The notes under the pieces are model-generated. The model searched no databases. It had not been told where the DNA came from and worked only from the letters and a program-made list of their open reading frames with translations. Made by a program: the position numbers and the translations under genes. 56,175 nt of DNA, taken from the NCBI GenBank assembly GCA_944358405.1, contig CALVQX010000029.1, forward strand, positions 1-56,175, given 5' to 3'. Source of the stretch: an uncultured Bacilli bacterium (GTDB lineage Bacteria; Bacillota_I; Bacilli_A; RF39; UBA660). Shown piece by piece: positions 9,886-19,864 of the stretch; position 1 is the stretch's first letter, and every line of letters starts with the position of its first letter.

Positions 9886-12321
9886 CTATTCTACATCAGT
9901 TCTAGCCAGAATTTCTGCTGGGCGTTTTCTTATAGTATTAAATACTGGCATTAATCCAACTAAGAGATTAAATAAATATATGAATAATGTAGCTAGTAAT
10001 ACTAATGGAATAGATATGGTAAACTCTCTACTTAAAATAGAGATTCCGGACATAATATTCAAGATATAGGCACATAGGATAATTCCTGGCAAACTAGCTA
10101 ACGTGGTGATCGCAATAATTTCTCCACTAAACATAATATAAATGTCTTTCTTTTTTACTCCGATTGCTCGGTAAATTCCCACTTCTTTTACTCTAGATAA
10201 GAAAGAAGAACGGATCATCAAGAAAATTTCGATTAAAGATATTGCTAAAATAATACCTGAACTAATCAAAGAACTTGTGATATTTTCTTTTCTGGATGCT
10301 ATATAAACATCCTTACTTTTCGTATAGCTATCCTCTATATTTACTGAGTATTTTTCTTGAAGGCTAATCAATACCTCTTCTTTTGATTTTGGATATACTG
10401 TGATGTTTTGACTTTTTTTGATCAATTGATATAAAATCATCTTTTGATTTACTAAATAATAGTTGATAGGATTTTCTGAAGAATAGTACCCTACTACTTT
10501 TAATTTTTTTCCATTTACTGATGTAGATATTTCTTTATTTAAAGGCATCTGTTCTTGGTTTTCGATATTAACAATTGTCTCATAATCGTTTGTTGGCCAA
10601 TTTCCTTTGACTAAGGAAATTTGATCATTGAGCAATTCATAGCTTTGAATCATAGTATTTCCACTACTTTCTATACTTCCATTTCCATTTTCCTGTAATG
10701 TATTATATAAAATAGGGACCATTTGCTCTTTTTCTACATAAATACTAGGATTATTTAGATCTGTTATTCCAACGATTTTAAACTTATTCATCAAGTTTAT
10801 TTGAATATCACGATTTAGAAAATCACTAACACTTGCTAAACCAGCCATCTTAGAATCAACATTATCATTAAGCAATCTTTGAATGGCTAGCGAATCTACT
10901 ATAATTTCTTCTTTATTTTCTGGCATTCTTCCTAAGATTAAGTCTTCTTTCTTTATCATTTGTGTACTAGCCAAAGATCCTGTCAGTGTTAACGTATATC
11001 TACTTGTCTGATAATAATCTTGAAGTGGAACAATGAAATTTACCTCAGAGTTTCCTGGAAAGATATAATTGATATTCTCTTCTTGACTATATTTTAAATA
11101 ATCTTCTACATTGAGCGTTTTTGCCTCTATTAATAAATAATTAGGATTTGTTTTGATAAAATCTTCATCATGAATTGTTAAATTAGCAACAATACGACTA
11201 ACAGCAAACATGATAAATATTCCAGATAAGAAAAAGCCACCTAATAATATCTTTTTTAAGATAGAATAATTTAATACTTTTTTGAACCCATTTGTTATGA
11301 AAGTAAGGGGATTAAATATGGAACTATACTTTAATTTTTTCTGATCATCAATAATATCTTTGAAATTAAACTCATATTGTTCCATGGTTGCTTTGTCCAT
11401 CTTTTTATAATGATCATCGATCATTTCGATATTTGATCCTTCCTCGACTACTTCGATCTTTTCTTTTTGCTTACTGCGAATATATATATTATCATTTTTT
11501 ATTACGATATCTAATTGCAAAGATGGCTTTTGATCAGAATAGATCTTAAAAGTTGAGTCTGAATTTGTAATCGTTTCTTGATTTTCAAAATCTTTTAAAT
11601 AAAATCTATTATCAATGGCATAATCTAATTCTTCGTTATGAACATTTTCATAATCGTTTATAATTTTTCCATCGGCAATTTCGATAATTCTTGAGGCATA
11701 AAATTTAGCTAAGTTTGTCTCGTGTGTTACTAATATTACTAATCGGTCTTTAGATATTGCTTTGATGATGTTCATAATCTCTAAAGAGTTTTTACTGTCT
11801 AGGTTACCAGTTGGTTCATCCGCAATAATAATATGTGGATTTTTTACAATAGCTCTAGCAATTCCTACTCTTTGTCTTTCTCCTCCAGATAACATATTCG
11901 CAGGACGCTTTCTATAGCGATACATTCCAACTTTTTCTAAGACGTATCTTACTCTTTTATCAATTTCTTTTTTATCTTTGATGCCTATCATCTTTAATAC
12001 TAGGGAAACATTATCATAAACTGACAAATTATCTACTAATTTATAATCTTGGAAAATATAACCAATATTCAGATTCCTAATTTTATCTACTTTGTAACTC
12101 CATTTGCTCGTTATTTTTTGTCCATCGATATGGATACTTCCACTTTTTACTTTGTCTAGCCCACCTATGGCATTTAATAGTGTTGTTTTCCCACTGCCAC
12201 TAGGCCCTAGTAGTGCAACTAGACCTTTATCTTCTAATGTAAGAGAGGTATTATTGATAACATGAATTTGATTTTTCTTATGACGATTAAAATATTTATT
12301 TAAATTTTCTATTTTTATCAT
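9886..12321 (-). CDS. MacB-like fused ABC transporter (N-terminal ATPase + FtsX-type permease with large extracytoplasmic domain)
   Basis: Walker A GPSGSGKTT, signature LSGGERQR, Walker B IIIADEPT; TM, roughly 300-aa external domain, then 3 C-terminal TM segments; start moved to ATG 12321 (GAGGAGG SD), 1 nt after the upstream stop. Confidence 0.85.
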   Translation of the reverse strand: MIKIENLNKYFNRHKKNQIHVINNTSLTLEDKGLVALLGPSGSGKTTLLNAIGGLDKVKSGSIHIDGQKITSKWSYKVDKIRNLNIGYIFQDYKLVDNLSVYDNVSLVLKMIGIKDKKEIDKRVRYVLEKVGMYRYRKRPANMLSGGERQRVGIARAIVKNPHIIIADEPTGNLDSKNSLEIMNIIKAISKDRLVILVTHETNLAKFYASRIIEIADGKIINDYENVHNEELDYAIDNRFYLKDFENQETITNSDSTFKIYSDQKPSLQLDIVIKNDNIYIRSKQKEKIEVVEEGSNIEMIDDHYKKMDKATMEQYEFNFKDIIDDQKKLKYSSIFNPLTFITNGFKKVLNYSILKKILLGGFFLSGIFIMFAVSRIVANLTIHDEDFIKTNPNYLLIEAKTLNVEDYLKYSQEENINYIFPGNSEVNFIVPLQDYYQTSRYTLTLTGSLASTQMIKKEDLILGRMPENKEEIIVDSLAIQRLLNDNVDSKMAGLASVSDFLNRDIQINLMNKFKIVGITDLNNPSIYVEKEQMVPILYNTLQENGNGSIESSGNTMIQSYELLNDQISLVKGNWPTNDYETIVNIENQEQMPLNKEISTSVNGKKLKVVGYYSSENPINYYLVNQKMILYQLIKKSQNITVYPKSKEEVLISLQEKYSVNIEDSYTKSKDVYIASRKENITSSLISSGIILAISLIEIFLMIRSSFLSRVKEVGIYRAIGVKKKDIYIMFSGEIIAITTLASLPGIILCAYILNIMSGISILSREFTISIPLVLLATLFIYLFNLLVGLMPVFNTIRKRPAEILARTDVE

Positions 12322-12322
12322 C

Positions 12323-14563
12323 CTATACCTCCTCTCTGTAGGCATTCATAACACTACTTTTAAATAATTTACTGGCATATTTTTGACTTAATAAATAAGA
12401 CATTAGAGTAATGATAATATATAGCAATAAATAATCTGAAAAATGAAAATATTGATTTACTGTATCAATGAAGGAAATATGTAATAATCCTCTTTGATTA
12501 AATATTGCAATTAAAACAAATAAGAAATAGGCTAAATTAGAAACTATTAGCAGTTCAATAACTAATAATTGTTTGGCAACTTTTTTTGATGCGCCTAACA
12601 TACGAATAATAGAAAAATAGCTATTTCTTGACTTCAATATTATCTTAATAATGAAATAGCAAATGAAGAATAAGGTGATTACTAAAATAATTGTAACTAT
12701 TGTCTTTAAAATTCTCATTGCTTCTACAGAGGATGAATTTACTAAAGTATCTTTGATTGCTAAAGTGTCATATCCTTGTTTATTTAGTGTCTGTAGGGTG
12801 TTTTCTATCTTATTTATATCTTTTATATAAACCCCTATCTGATAGGTTCCTTTATTGAAGAGATTATTGTAATCTTCTGGATTAATATAGATAATTCCAT
12901 TATATTTTTCTTGAAATTCATTGGTATTATAATTTGTTAGTCCTAATAAATTTTTAATATTATCTTTGTTATATGTTTTATCTATAGTTAACTCTTTTTT
13001 TTCTTGATAATATAGATTATCTACTGTAATGGAAAAGTTTTTTCCTAGACAGTTGCTTTTTGCACAGTAGCTTTGATAGTCTTCACTAATCCAGGCTTTG
13101 CCCACTGGAACACTTTCATTTATGTCCAATTTGAAATCATTTTGATAAACGGTTGAATCATAATTTTTTCCCATAAATAGCACGGTGATGATACTATATT
13201 CTTGATTGATATGAAATTGCATCTTTTCTAAGATAGAATCTGCAACGTATAATTGATAATCACTATAATCTCCTTCTGGAAGATATTTAATTCCTACTAC
13301 TTTTAAAGCAAATGTAGGATCTATGCTGTCCGTATTATTTAAGGAAAGATAAAATTCTTTATCCATTAATACTTCATAATTATTATTTAAGTAATAGTCT
13401 TCTTTGGAACCTAAAATTATTATTTCGTGATCATTTTCTGGCATTCTTCCAATGTCTACTTTTCCCTTTAGTGTGTGGATGCTTTTCACGGTTCCACCGA
13501 TCCATAATTCTTGATTTGCTGTTGTAAAACTAGTATATTGATCTGCTAAAAGATCATTATTTAACACATAATTGATATTTTCTTGATTCTCTATCTCTTT
13601 TAGCTCTTCTTCTGAAAAGGAAGATTTATCTTTCTTTTTTACAATGATTCTTTTATCGTCTGTATCTTGAAAAATATAATTATATCCTGATTTTTTTGCT
13701 TCGTATTCTTCTTTTCGAAAAGCGGAGTATTCTCCCATTAGTGCGCAAACAATAAAAGAATATACTAAAAATAGTAATATAAATTTAGAAGCGATGTTAA
13801 AGGTGTTTCTAATTCCTAATTTTAGTTTGTTCAACATACTAATGTTTTTGTATTCATTTCCTGGGGGAGATGCTAGTTTTTCCACTTCTTTTAATGTTTT
13901 ATCTTCTAATACTTTTCCATCATGCATGGTGATTTTTCTGGTAACATAATCTGCTACTTGTTCATAGTTGTGTGTTACGATAATTACTAATTTATCCTTA
14001 GCAATTTCCCTCAATAGCTTAATTACACCTTCCGCAGAACGTTTATCTAGGTTCCCCGTTGGCTCATCTGCAATAATAATTGGTACTTCTTTAGCTAGGG
14101 CTCTGGCAATTGCAACTCTTTGTTTTTGCCCGCCAGACAATTTAGAAACTTTGGTATTACGAAAGCGATATAGATCTACTTGTCTTATTAATTGTAAAAC
14201 CTTTTCTTTTACTTCCCTTTTCTTTTGACCATTCAAAGTCAAGACTAATTCAATATTTTGATATACTGTATAACTATTAATAAGGTTAAAATTTTGATAG
14301 ATATTCGCTATATTTTTTCTGCGATAGTCTTCCCAATCTTTTTCAATATAATGGCTGGTTTCTTTCCCATTAATGTACATTTCTCCTTCTTCATAGGTGT
14401 CAAGTCCAGAAATTACATTTAATAAAGTGGATTTCCCACTACCACTTTCTCCGGTAATCGCAACAAATTCCCCTATTTGGAATTCTAGATTTACTTTTGT
14501 AAATCCTGCCGCAATGACTCCTTTACTGTAATAAAATTTGGATACATTTTTCAGTTTGATCAT
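12323..14563 (-). CDS. MacB-like fused ABC transporter paralog (ATPase + FtsX permease)
   Basis: 746 aa; GESGSGKST, LSGGQKQR, IIIADEPT; same TM / external domain / 3 TM architecture as its neighbour. Confidence 0.85.
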   Translation of the reverse strand: MIKLKNVSKFYYSKGVIAAGFTKVNLEFQIGEFVAITGESGSGKSTLLNVISGLDTYEEGEMYINGKETSHYIEKDWEDYRRKNIANIYQNFNLINSYTVYQNIELVLTLNGQKKREVKEKVLQLIRQVDLYRFRNTKVSKLSGGQKQRVAIARALAKEVPIIIADEPTGNLDKRSAEGVIKLLREIAKDKLVIIVTHNYEQVADYVTRKITMHDGKVLEDKTLKEVEKLASPPGNEYKNISMLNKLKLGIRNTFNIASKFILLFLVYSFIVCALMGEYSAFRKEEYEAKKSGYNYIFQDTDDKRIIVKKKDKSSFSEEELKEIENQENINYVLNNDLLADQYTSFTTANQELWIGGTVKSIHTLKGKVDIGRMPENDHEIIILGSKEDYYLNNNYEVLMDKEFYLSLNNTDSIDPTFALKVVGIKYLPEGDYSDYQLYVADSILEKMQFHINQEYSIITVLFMGKNYDSTVYQNDFKLDINESVPVGKAWISEDYQSYCAKSNCLGKNFSITVDNLYYQEKKELTIDKTYNKDNIKNLLGLTNYNTNEFQEKYNGIIYINPEDYNNLFNKGTYQIGVYIKDINKIENTLQTLNKQGYDTLAIKDTLVNSSSVEAMRILKTIVTIILVITLFFICYFIIKIILKSRNSYFSIIRMLGASKKVAKQLLVIELLIVSNLAYFLFVLIAIFNQRGLLHISFIDTVNQYFHFSDYLLLYIIITLMSYLLSQKYASKLFKSSVMNAYREEV

Positions 14564-14746
14564 ATAAACTCTCCTCTACTCATATCTATTATAACTTACC
14601 TTTGAAAAAGAAAATGGCTTTTTGTCATTTTCTTTAGATATTTTTCTAATAGAATGACAAATATATTGTTTTGTTTACACTATATCAATATTTTGCGTTG
14701 CATTCTATCAATTTTAGTTGAAACTTATGTTAATTTTCAGTTGCTT

Positions 14747-15400
14747 TTATAGTACATAACAATAAATTGCTAGATAATGAAAGAAAGTTCCTAATAAGCA
14801 GAATAAGTGAAAAATCGAATGCATGTATCTTTTTTTGGATCCTAGCCCGTATAAAATTGCACCAATAGAATACATCGTTCCTCCTAAGATGATTAGTATT
14901 ACACCTCCTAAGCCAATATGTTTTAGTAAAGGATGTAGGAAAAACAGTGCACTCCAACCATTAAATAAATGACAAAAGACCGAGATTACTTTGAAACGAT
15001 CGATATCGATTACAGTAAAAGTAATCCCTATGATCGTTACGATGCTAACAGCTAAGAAAAAGAACATACCTTTCGTTCCTTGAATTCCTAGCAGTGAAAC
15101 TGGCAGTATCGTACCTAAGACTAGAAGATATACATTACAGTGATCAATGACTCGAAAGACTTTTTTCGCTGTCAGTTTTTTAGAAAAAGCATGATAGAGA
15201 CAGGAAATGATATACATGGATATCATACTAGCCCCAAAAATACTAATGCAAGTAACAGCTTTGGGTCCTTTTGCAATTGCTTTTAATATTAACATTACTA
15301 GACCCCAGATACTTAGGGCTCCTCCGATTCCATGAGTAATGGAATTTAATAATTCTTCTTGAATCGTGTAATCTGGGATTTTAATTTTTCTTTTCTTCAT
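14747..15400 (-). CDS. hemolysin III / PAQR-family channel protein
   Basis: 217 aa, 7 TM segments, N-terminal EELLNSITHGIGGALSI and conserved His residues typical of the Hly-III family. Confidence 0.85.
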   Translation of the reverse strand: MKKRKIKIPDYTIQEELLNSITHGIGGALSIWGLVMLILKAIAKGPKAVTCISIFGASMISMYIISCLYHAFSKKLTAKKVFRVIDHCNVYLLVLGTILPVSLLGIQGTKGMFFFLAVSIVTIIGITFTVIDIDRFKVISVFCHLFNGWSALFFLHPLLKHIGLGGVILIILGGTMYSIGAILYGLGSKKRYMHSIFHLFCLLGTFFHYLAIYCYVL

Positions 15401-15604
15401 ATTTTACCTCTTTTCTATTTATTATTCTCATCCTTAAACTATATGCTTACTTTCATTATGGAAGTTCTAAAATAAAAACAGATCTTTCGATCTATTTTGT
15501 CGTTGGAATCAAATATTTATAATTTTCTTTTTGTTTATCATAGCAAATGATTTGATATTCCCAGGCATGCTTTACTCTCTTAGTATTTAATACTAACACT
15601 ATTT

Positions 15605-16381
15605 TTAGCCTAAAGCAATATCTAAAATCATCATTAGCACAAAGCCAAGCGACAATCCTATGATACACAAATTCGAATGTTTGCCACTATGGGAATCTGG
15701 GATTAGTTCTTCTGTTACTACATAGAACATTGCTCCGGCAGCAAAAGACAAGAGATATGGAAGGATGGTTGTTACAACATTTACTAATGAGATCGTAAGT
15801 AGAGCTGCTAAGGGTTCGACGATACCCGATACTACTCCCATCAAAAAAGCTTTTTTCTTGGAGTTACCAGCAGCTTTTAATGGCATGGATATAATCGCAC
15901 CTTCCGGAAAATTTTGAATGGCTATTCCTACGCTTAAAGCTATAGCTCCAGCAAGAGTAACGATACCATTTCCTGATAATAGACTAGCATAAGATACCCC
16001 TACTGCCATTCCTTCTGGAATATTATGTAGAGTTACTGCTAAAGTTAACTTGGCGACTTTACTTAAATTGCTTTCTGGTCCTTCTTCTTTTTCACTATCT
16101 TTGTGTAGGTGTGGTGTAATATTATCTAAAAGCAGTAAAAAAACGATTCCTAACATAAATCCTATGGCTGCGGGAAGCCATGAAATTAGCTTCTGTTCTT
16201 TTGCCATATCAAGTGCTGGAATTAATAAAGACCATATCGCCGCTGCCATCATTACTCCTGATGCAAAACCTAACAATAATTTTTCTACTTTTTGATTCAT
16301 CGCTCTTTTTAGTAAAAACACTGTAGCAGATCCTAGCAATGTCCCTAAAAAAGGAAGTAGTATTCCTATCACAATCTCCAT
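15605..16381 (-). CDS. ZIP-family metal transporter (GufA-like)
   Basis: LHNIPEGMAVG and QNFPEGAIIS motifs; start moved to ATG 16381 (MEIVIGILLPF) behind an AGAGGCGGGG SD. Confidence 0.8.
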   Translation of the reverse strand: MEIVIGILLPFLGTLLGSATVFLLKRAMNQKVEKLLLGFASGVMMAAAIWSLLIPALDMAKEQKLISWLPAAIGFMLGIVFLLLLDNITPHLHKDSEKEEGPESNLSKVAKLTLAVTLHNIPEGMAVGVSYASLLSGNGIVTLAGAIALSVGIAIQNFPEGAIISMPLKAAGNSKKKAFLMGVVSGIVEPLAALLTISLVNVVTTILPYLLSFAAGAMFYVVTEELIPDSHSGKHSNLCIIGLSLGFVLMMILDIALG

Positions 16382-16645
16382 TTTACCCCGCCTCTTTCTA
16401 TCTAAATAATGCATTCATTTACTATAAATACCTTGGGAGTAGCCGTACAATAAATATAAGATATCGCCAAATTAGAAAGTATACAAGATTAAATCTCTTT
16501 TGTTAATTTCAAACTATCATTGTTATTGTTGCTGTTAATAACGGTTTGCTCATCTCTTAGTAAGACTATGAAGTATTTTCAATGATTAAAAAGGTTCCAA
16601 TCAATAATTAGTATCACTTGATTACTAAATTTATTATTTATTCAG

Positions 16646-17824
16646 TTATATTTTCCTTTCGTCATCAGAAATATTAGGATAAGATATTTCTGATTGCTTT
16701 TTTCTTATAATTTCTTGTAACTCATTAAAACATCTTTCAGGATCTTTTACTATAGAAAAGACTATTGATGATGATTTTCCTTTAATATAAATCGTACCTA
16801 CATTAAAAATTTTATCCCAAAAATCACGGTCAATCATCTCTACAGATATCACATCTGGGTAACTAGTAGTGACTACATAGTCTCTTAATAAATTGTCCTT
16901 CTCTACGGCCAAAAGGCGTCTATTGGTAGCGTAATAAGTTGTACTATTTATTTGCTTTTTTATAAAGATAAAAAGTCCAAGCCATGCTAGCGGAAGAAAA
17001 AATGTTGTAGCTGCTATTACGATAGACATTTCTGGTCCTATCAGATCTCCATAATATATTAAAGCCGGAATGGAAATAACGGTCCATATTACAACAAAAA
17101 AAAGATAAATAGACATCCGAAATAATGATGGAGAAATATCTGGTTTTTCTTTCCACAATATTCCTTCATCAGGTAATAAATGTGGATCTCTTTGATTAGG
17201 AATTGTTGCTTGGTGTTGAATTGCCTGTGGTTGCTCTTTCTGTGAATGTAAATATCCAGGATTATATGTTGGTCTTAATTCATTCGGATATTCTATATCT
17301 GCTTGTATATCAAATATAATTTTTTGCATTTTCTTATACGTTTCTTCTGGATTTTCTATTCCCCATAATGCCTCCATATGAGGTATTGTAGAGGGTTTTA
17401 CTTCATTCATATATATTAAAATTCTGCCACTATTAAAAAGAGAGTCAAAATATTTTATTGTCATATCAATCTTGTGAATCTCACTATAATAGATGCTGTC
17501 AAAAGATAAGTCGAATCTACCGGACTGTACTATGATTCTTTTATTAGTAAGATAAATTTCTTGGTTTCTCCATTTTCGAGTTACTGTGAAAATTTCATAA
17601 AACCAGCACCATAAGGGTATTAGTGCTATACTACTAGTTATAATGATAGCAGTAAACGAGATACGAAACGCCAATCGAAAAAGCACTGCCACTCCTATTA
17701 CAAGCGGAATCCAGACTAATAAAAAAGAGCCTGTATAAGACAACTCGTTTATGCAATAGGCTTTTTTGTTGGGCTTTATTTGTAGCAAAATTGATTCATC
17801 TTTATCTATAACGGTATTAATCAT
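16646..17824 (-). CDS. membrane protein with two bacterial PH (bPH_2/DUF304) modules, YdbT-like
   Basis: 392 aa; two repeats of a 2-TM hairpin plus LTNKRIIV / ATNRRLLAV PH-type core. Confidence 0.7.
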   Translation of the reverse strand: MINTVIDKDESILLQIKPNKKAYCINELSYTGSFLLVWIPLVIGVAVLFRLAFRISFTAIIITSSIALIPLWCWFYEIFTVTRKWRNQEIYLTNKRIIVQSGRFDLSFDSIYYSEIHKIDMTIKYFDSLFNSGRILIYMNEVKPSTIPHMEALWGIENPEETYKKMQKIIFDIQADIEYPNELRPTYNPGYLHSQKEQPQAIQHQATIPNQRDPHLLPDEGILWKEKPDISPSLFRMSIYLFFVVIWTVISIPALIYYGDLIGPEMSIVIAATTFFLPLAWLGLFIFIKKQINSTTYYATNRRLLAVEKDNLLRDYVVTTSYPDVISVEMIDRDFWDKIFNVGTIYIKGKSSSIVFSIVKDPERCFNELQEIIRKKQSEISYPNISDDERKI

Positions 17825-17832
17825 AGTTCCTC

Positions 17833-18447
17833 CTATTTGGGCCGATATTGTGTGTTATACCCTGGGTTTTCATCTGGTCTTAATTGATTTGGATACTCTA
17901 TATCTGTTTGAATGTCTATTACTGCTTTTTGAATGATCGAATATATTTGTGAAACATTTTCTATGCAGTAAAATCTATGACTATTGTGATCTAATGAGGA
18001 TGGAACATAAAAGTTAATACTACCAACGTGAAACATGTTTTCTATAGCATTTTTATATAAGGATACGCTTCCAATATCTTTATAGTATAGGGTGTTATAT
18101 CGAACAAATATCTGACCGTACTGAAAAAAAATTCTTTTATCTGTTACAATATATAATTCGTTGTTCCAACTTCTTTCTAATGTAAATAAATTCACTAATA
18201 ATATAATGATTGGAATAGATAAAAGGGAGAGCATAATAATTCCCATGGTAAACAATTCTATTTCCCCTTCTATGATGGCTTTGATTACTCCAACAATACC
18301 AGTTCCGAAGAATAAAGATATGATTAAATATGGCATTATTTTTTGAAGTTTAAAAGCTTTTTTTTGTGGTTTTCCTTTCCATATTATTGTTTCATCCTCG
18401 TTAATTAAACGCTCTATTATTGAATTCCCTGTACTTCTTTCCTGCAT
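17833..18447 (-). CDS. membrane protein with one bPH_2 module, YdbS-like
   Basis: 204 aa; 2-TM hairpin plus VTDKRIFF core; shares the DIQxDIEYPNxLRPxxNPGY tail motif with the downstream paralog. Confidence 0.7.
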   Translation of the reverse strand: MQERSTGNSIIERLINEDETIIWKGKPQKKAFKLQKIMPYLIISLFFGTGIVGVIKAIIEGEIELFTMGIIMLSLLSIPIIILLVNLFTLERSWNNELYIVTDKRIFFQYGQIFVRYNTLYYKDIGSVSLYKNAIENMFHVGSINFYVPSSLDHNSHRFYCIENVSQIYSIIQKAVIDIQTDIEYPNQLRPDENPGYNTQYRPK

Positions 18448-18584
18448 ATATATAACTCCTCTCTAGTTTCTGCTTTTATTATAACATGCTATTGTTGAAA
18501 GTACATATGAACTTATTCTTGTTTACAATCTTTTACAGTATTAAGCATATAGAAAATTGAAAAATAACAACCCTACTTTTGATA

Positions 18585-19787
18585 TCAGTTATGGACTAGT
18601 ACCGATACGCACTCTACATGATAGGTTCTAGGAAACATATTAAAAGGGGTAACGATCTTTGTTTGATACGTTTCTTTTAGCTCTTTTAGATCTCTAGCTA
18701 AGGTTACAGGATCACAAGAGATATAAATTAAATATTTAGGGGCAATCCGGATGATATGGCGTAATGTTTTTTTATCTAATCCTTTTCTTGGAGGATCGAC
18801 AATGATTAAGTCTGTATCTTGTTGAAACTGATCTATTACATTTTCTACTTTATTATTAATAAATTGAATATTTTTTACTTGATTTAATTTCTTATTATGA
18901 TTGGCATTTTTTATTGAGGAACTACAACTATCTATGCCAATTACTTCTTCTGCTTCACTACTAATATAAATACCAATGGTACCAGTTCCACAGTATAGAT
19001 CAAGCACTTTTTTTGGCTTAACTTTTTTTACTTCGTTCAATACCTCTTCATATAACATCTCTGTTAATTCTTGATTTACTTGAAAGAAAGATTCTATCGA
19101 TAAATAATATTGGTATTTACCAATGGTAGAGATGATTTCCTCTTTTCCTTGGAGTTGTTCTTCTTGAAAGAAAATTCCCGTTATGTCTTTCATATCAATA
19201 AGTGATTTGGGTTTGTCTCCAGATATTTTTATCAGACTTTCTTTTTCATCATTGGAGGTACGAATCATAATTTCTTGAACTTTGTTTTCTCTTGCTAATC
19301 TTTTCATTTTCGGTAACAATTCATTTATTTTTTGATTTAATAAAAGGCAAGTATCAATTGGGACTAGATTTTTGCTTTTTGGCTGATAATATCCTACTCT
19401 ATTCTTAGCTCCATGTAATGTTACTTTATTACGATAATGATAGGGACTTAAGTATTTTATTTCTTTTACTTCTACCTTCTCTATTTGAGAAAATTTTGCC
19501 AATAACTCTTTGACTTTTTCTCTTTTCCATTCGTTTTCTTTTTTATACTCTAAATGTTCTAAATCACACCCACCACAGATTTTGGCATAAGGACACACCT
19601 CTGGAATGCGATATGAAGAAATTGTAACCCATTCTTCTATTTCTGCTTCTATGTATTTTTTAGTTTCCTTTGTGACTTTAATTTTTACAATTTCATTTGG
19701 TAGTGCTTTGGCAACGAAACAAATCTTTTGATTTACATAAGTAATTCCTCTACCGAAATGATCTAATTTTTCGATTTTTACTTGCAT
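18585..19787 (-). CDS. 23S rRNA (uracil-C5)-methyltransferase, RlmD/RlmCD (RumA/TrmA) family
   Basis: 400 aa; N-terminal TRAM-like region, Fe-S cysteines (CPYAKICGGCDLEH), SAM motif LDLYCGTGTIG, IVDPPRKG. Confidence 0.85.
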   Translation of the reverse strand: MQVKIEKLDHFGRGITYVNQKICFVAKALPNEIVKIKVTKETKKYIEAEIEEWVTISSYRIPEVCPYAKICGGCDLEHLEYKKENEWKREKVKELLAKFSQIEKVEVKEIKYLSPYHYRNKVTLHGAKNRVGYYQPKSKNLVPIDTCLLLNQKINELLPKMKRLARENKVQEIMIRTSNDEKESLIKISGDKPKSLIDMKDITGIFFQEEQLQGKEEIISTIGKYQYYLSIESFFQVNQELTEMLYEEVLNEVKKVKPKKVLDLYCGTGTIGIYISSEAEEVIGIDSCSSSIKNANHNKKLNQVKNIQFINNKVENVIDQFQQDTDLIIVDPPRKGLDKKTLRHIIRIAPKYLIYISCDPVTLARDLKELKETYQTKIVTPFNMFPRTYHVECVSVLVHN

Positions 19788-19864
19788 ATTTCTTCATCCT
19801 TTTTTTTATTATAACAAACTTACATAGAATTGAAAATATTTTCCATACTAAGAATGGTGATGTT

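Noticed and set aside
12322-12345. Longer N-terminal extensions given by the ORF track for several genes (12345, 16414, 25194 [TTG], 29724, 32780, 37530, 38223, 49400, 52053, 53223, 53320, 9062)
   Set aside because: In each case an internal ATG a few codons downstream is preceded by a much better Shine-Dalgarno at 5-10 nt and gives the N-terminus typical of the family, whereas the extension overlaps the upstream gene or lacks an SD.
15581-15597. Palindrome TTAGTATTTAATACTAA right after the ZIP gene stop, and the 5-bp hairpin AGATC/GATCT at 15480-15493, as regulatory sites or a terminator
   Set aside because: The stems are all A/T or very short. Such palindromes are frequent in DNA of this composition, so I could not support either as a feature.
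16435-16444. GGGAGTAGCC, resembling the 5' core (GGGGAGUAG) of the yybP-ykoY manganese riboswitch, in the 264-nt region upstream of the second ZIP transporter
   Set aside because: The motif is on the plus strand while the transporter is on the minus strand. There is no matching 3' half (…GCAAGACC with P1 pairing), and no plus-strand gene lies downstream.
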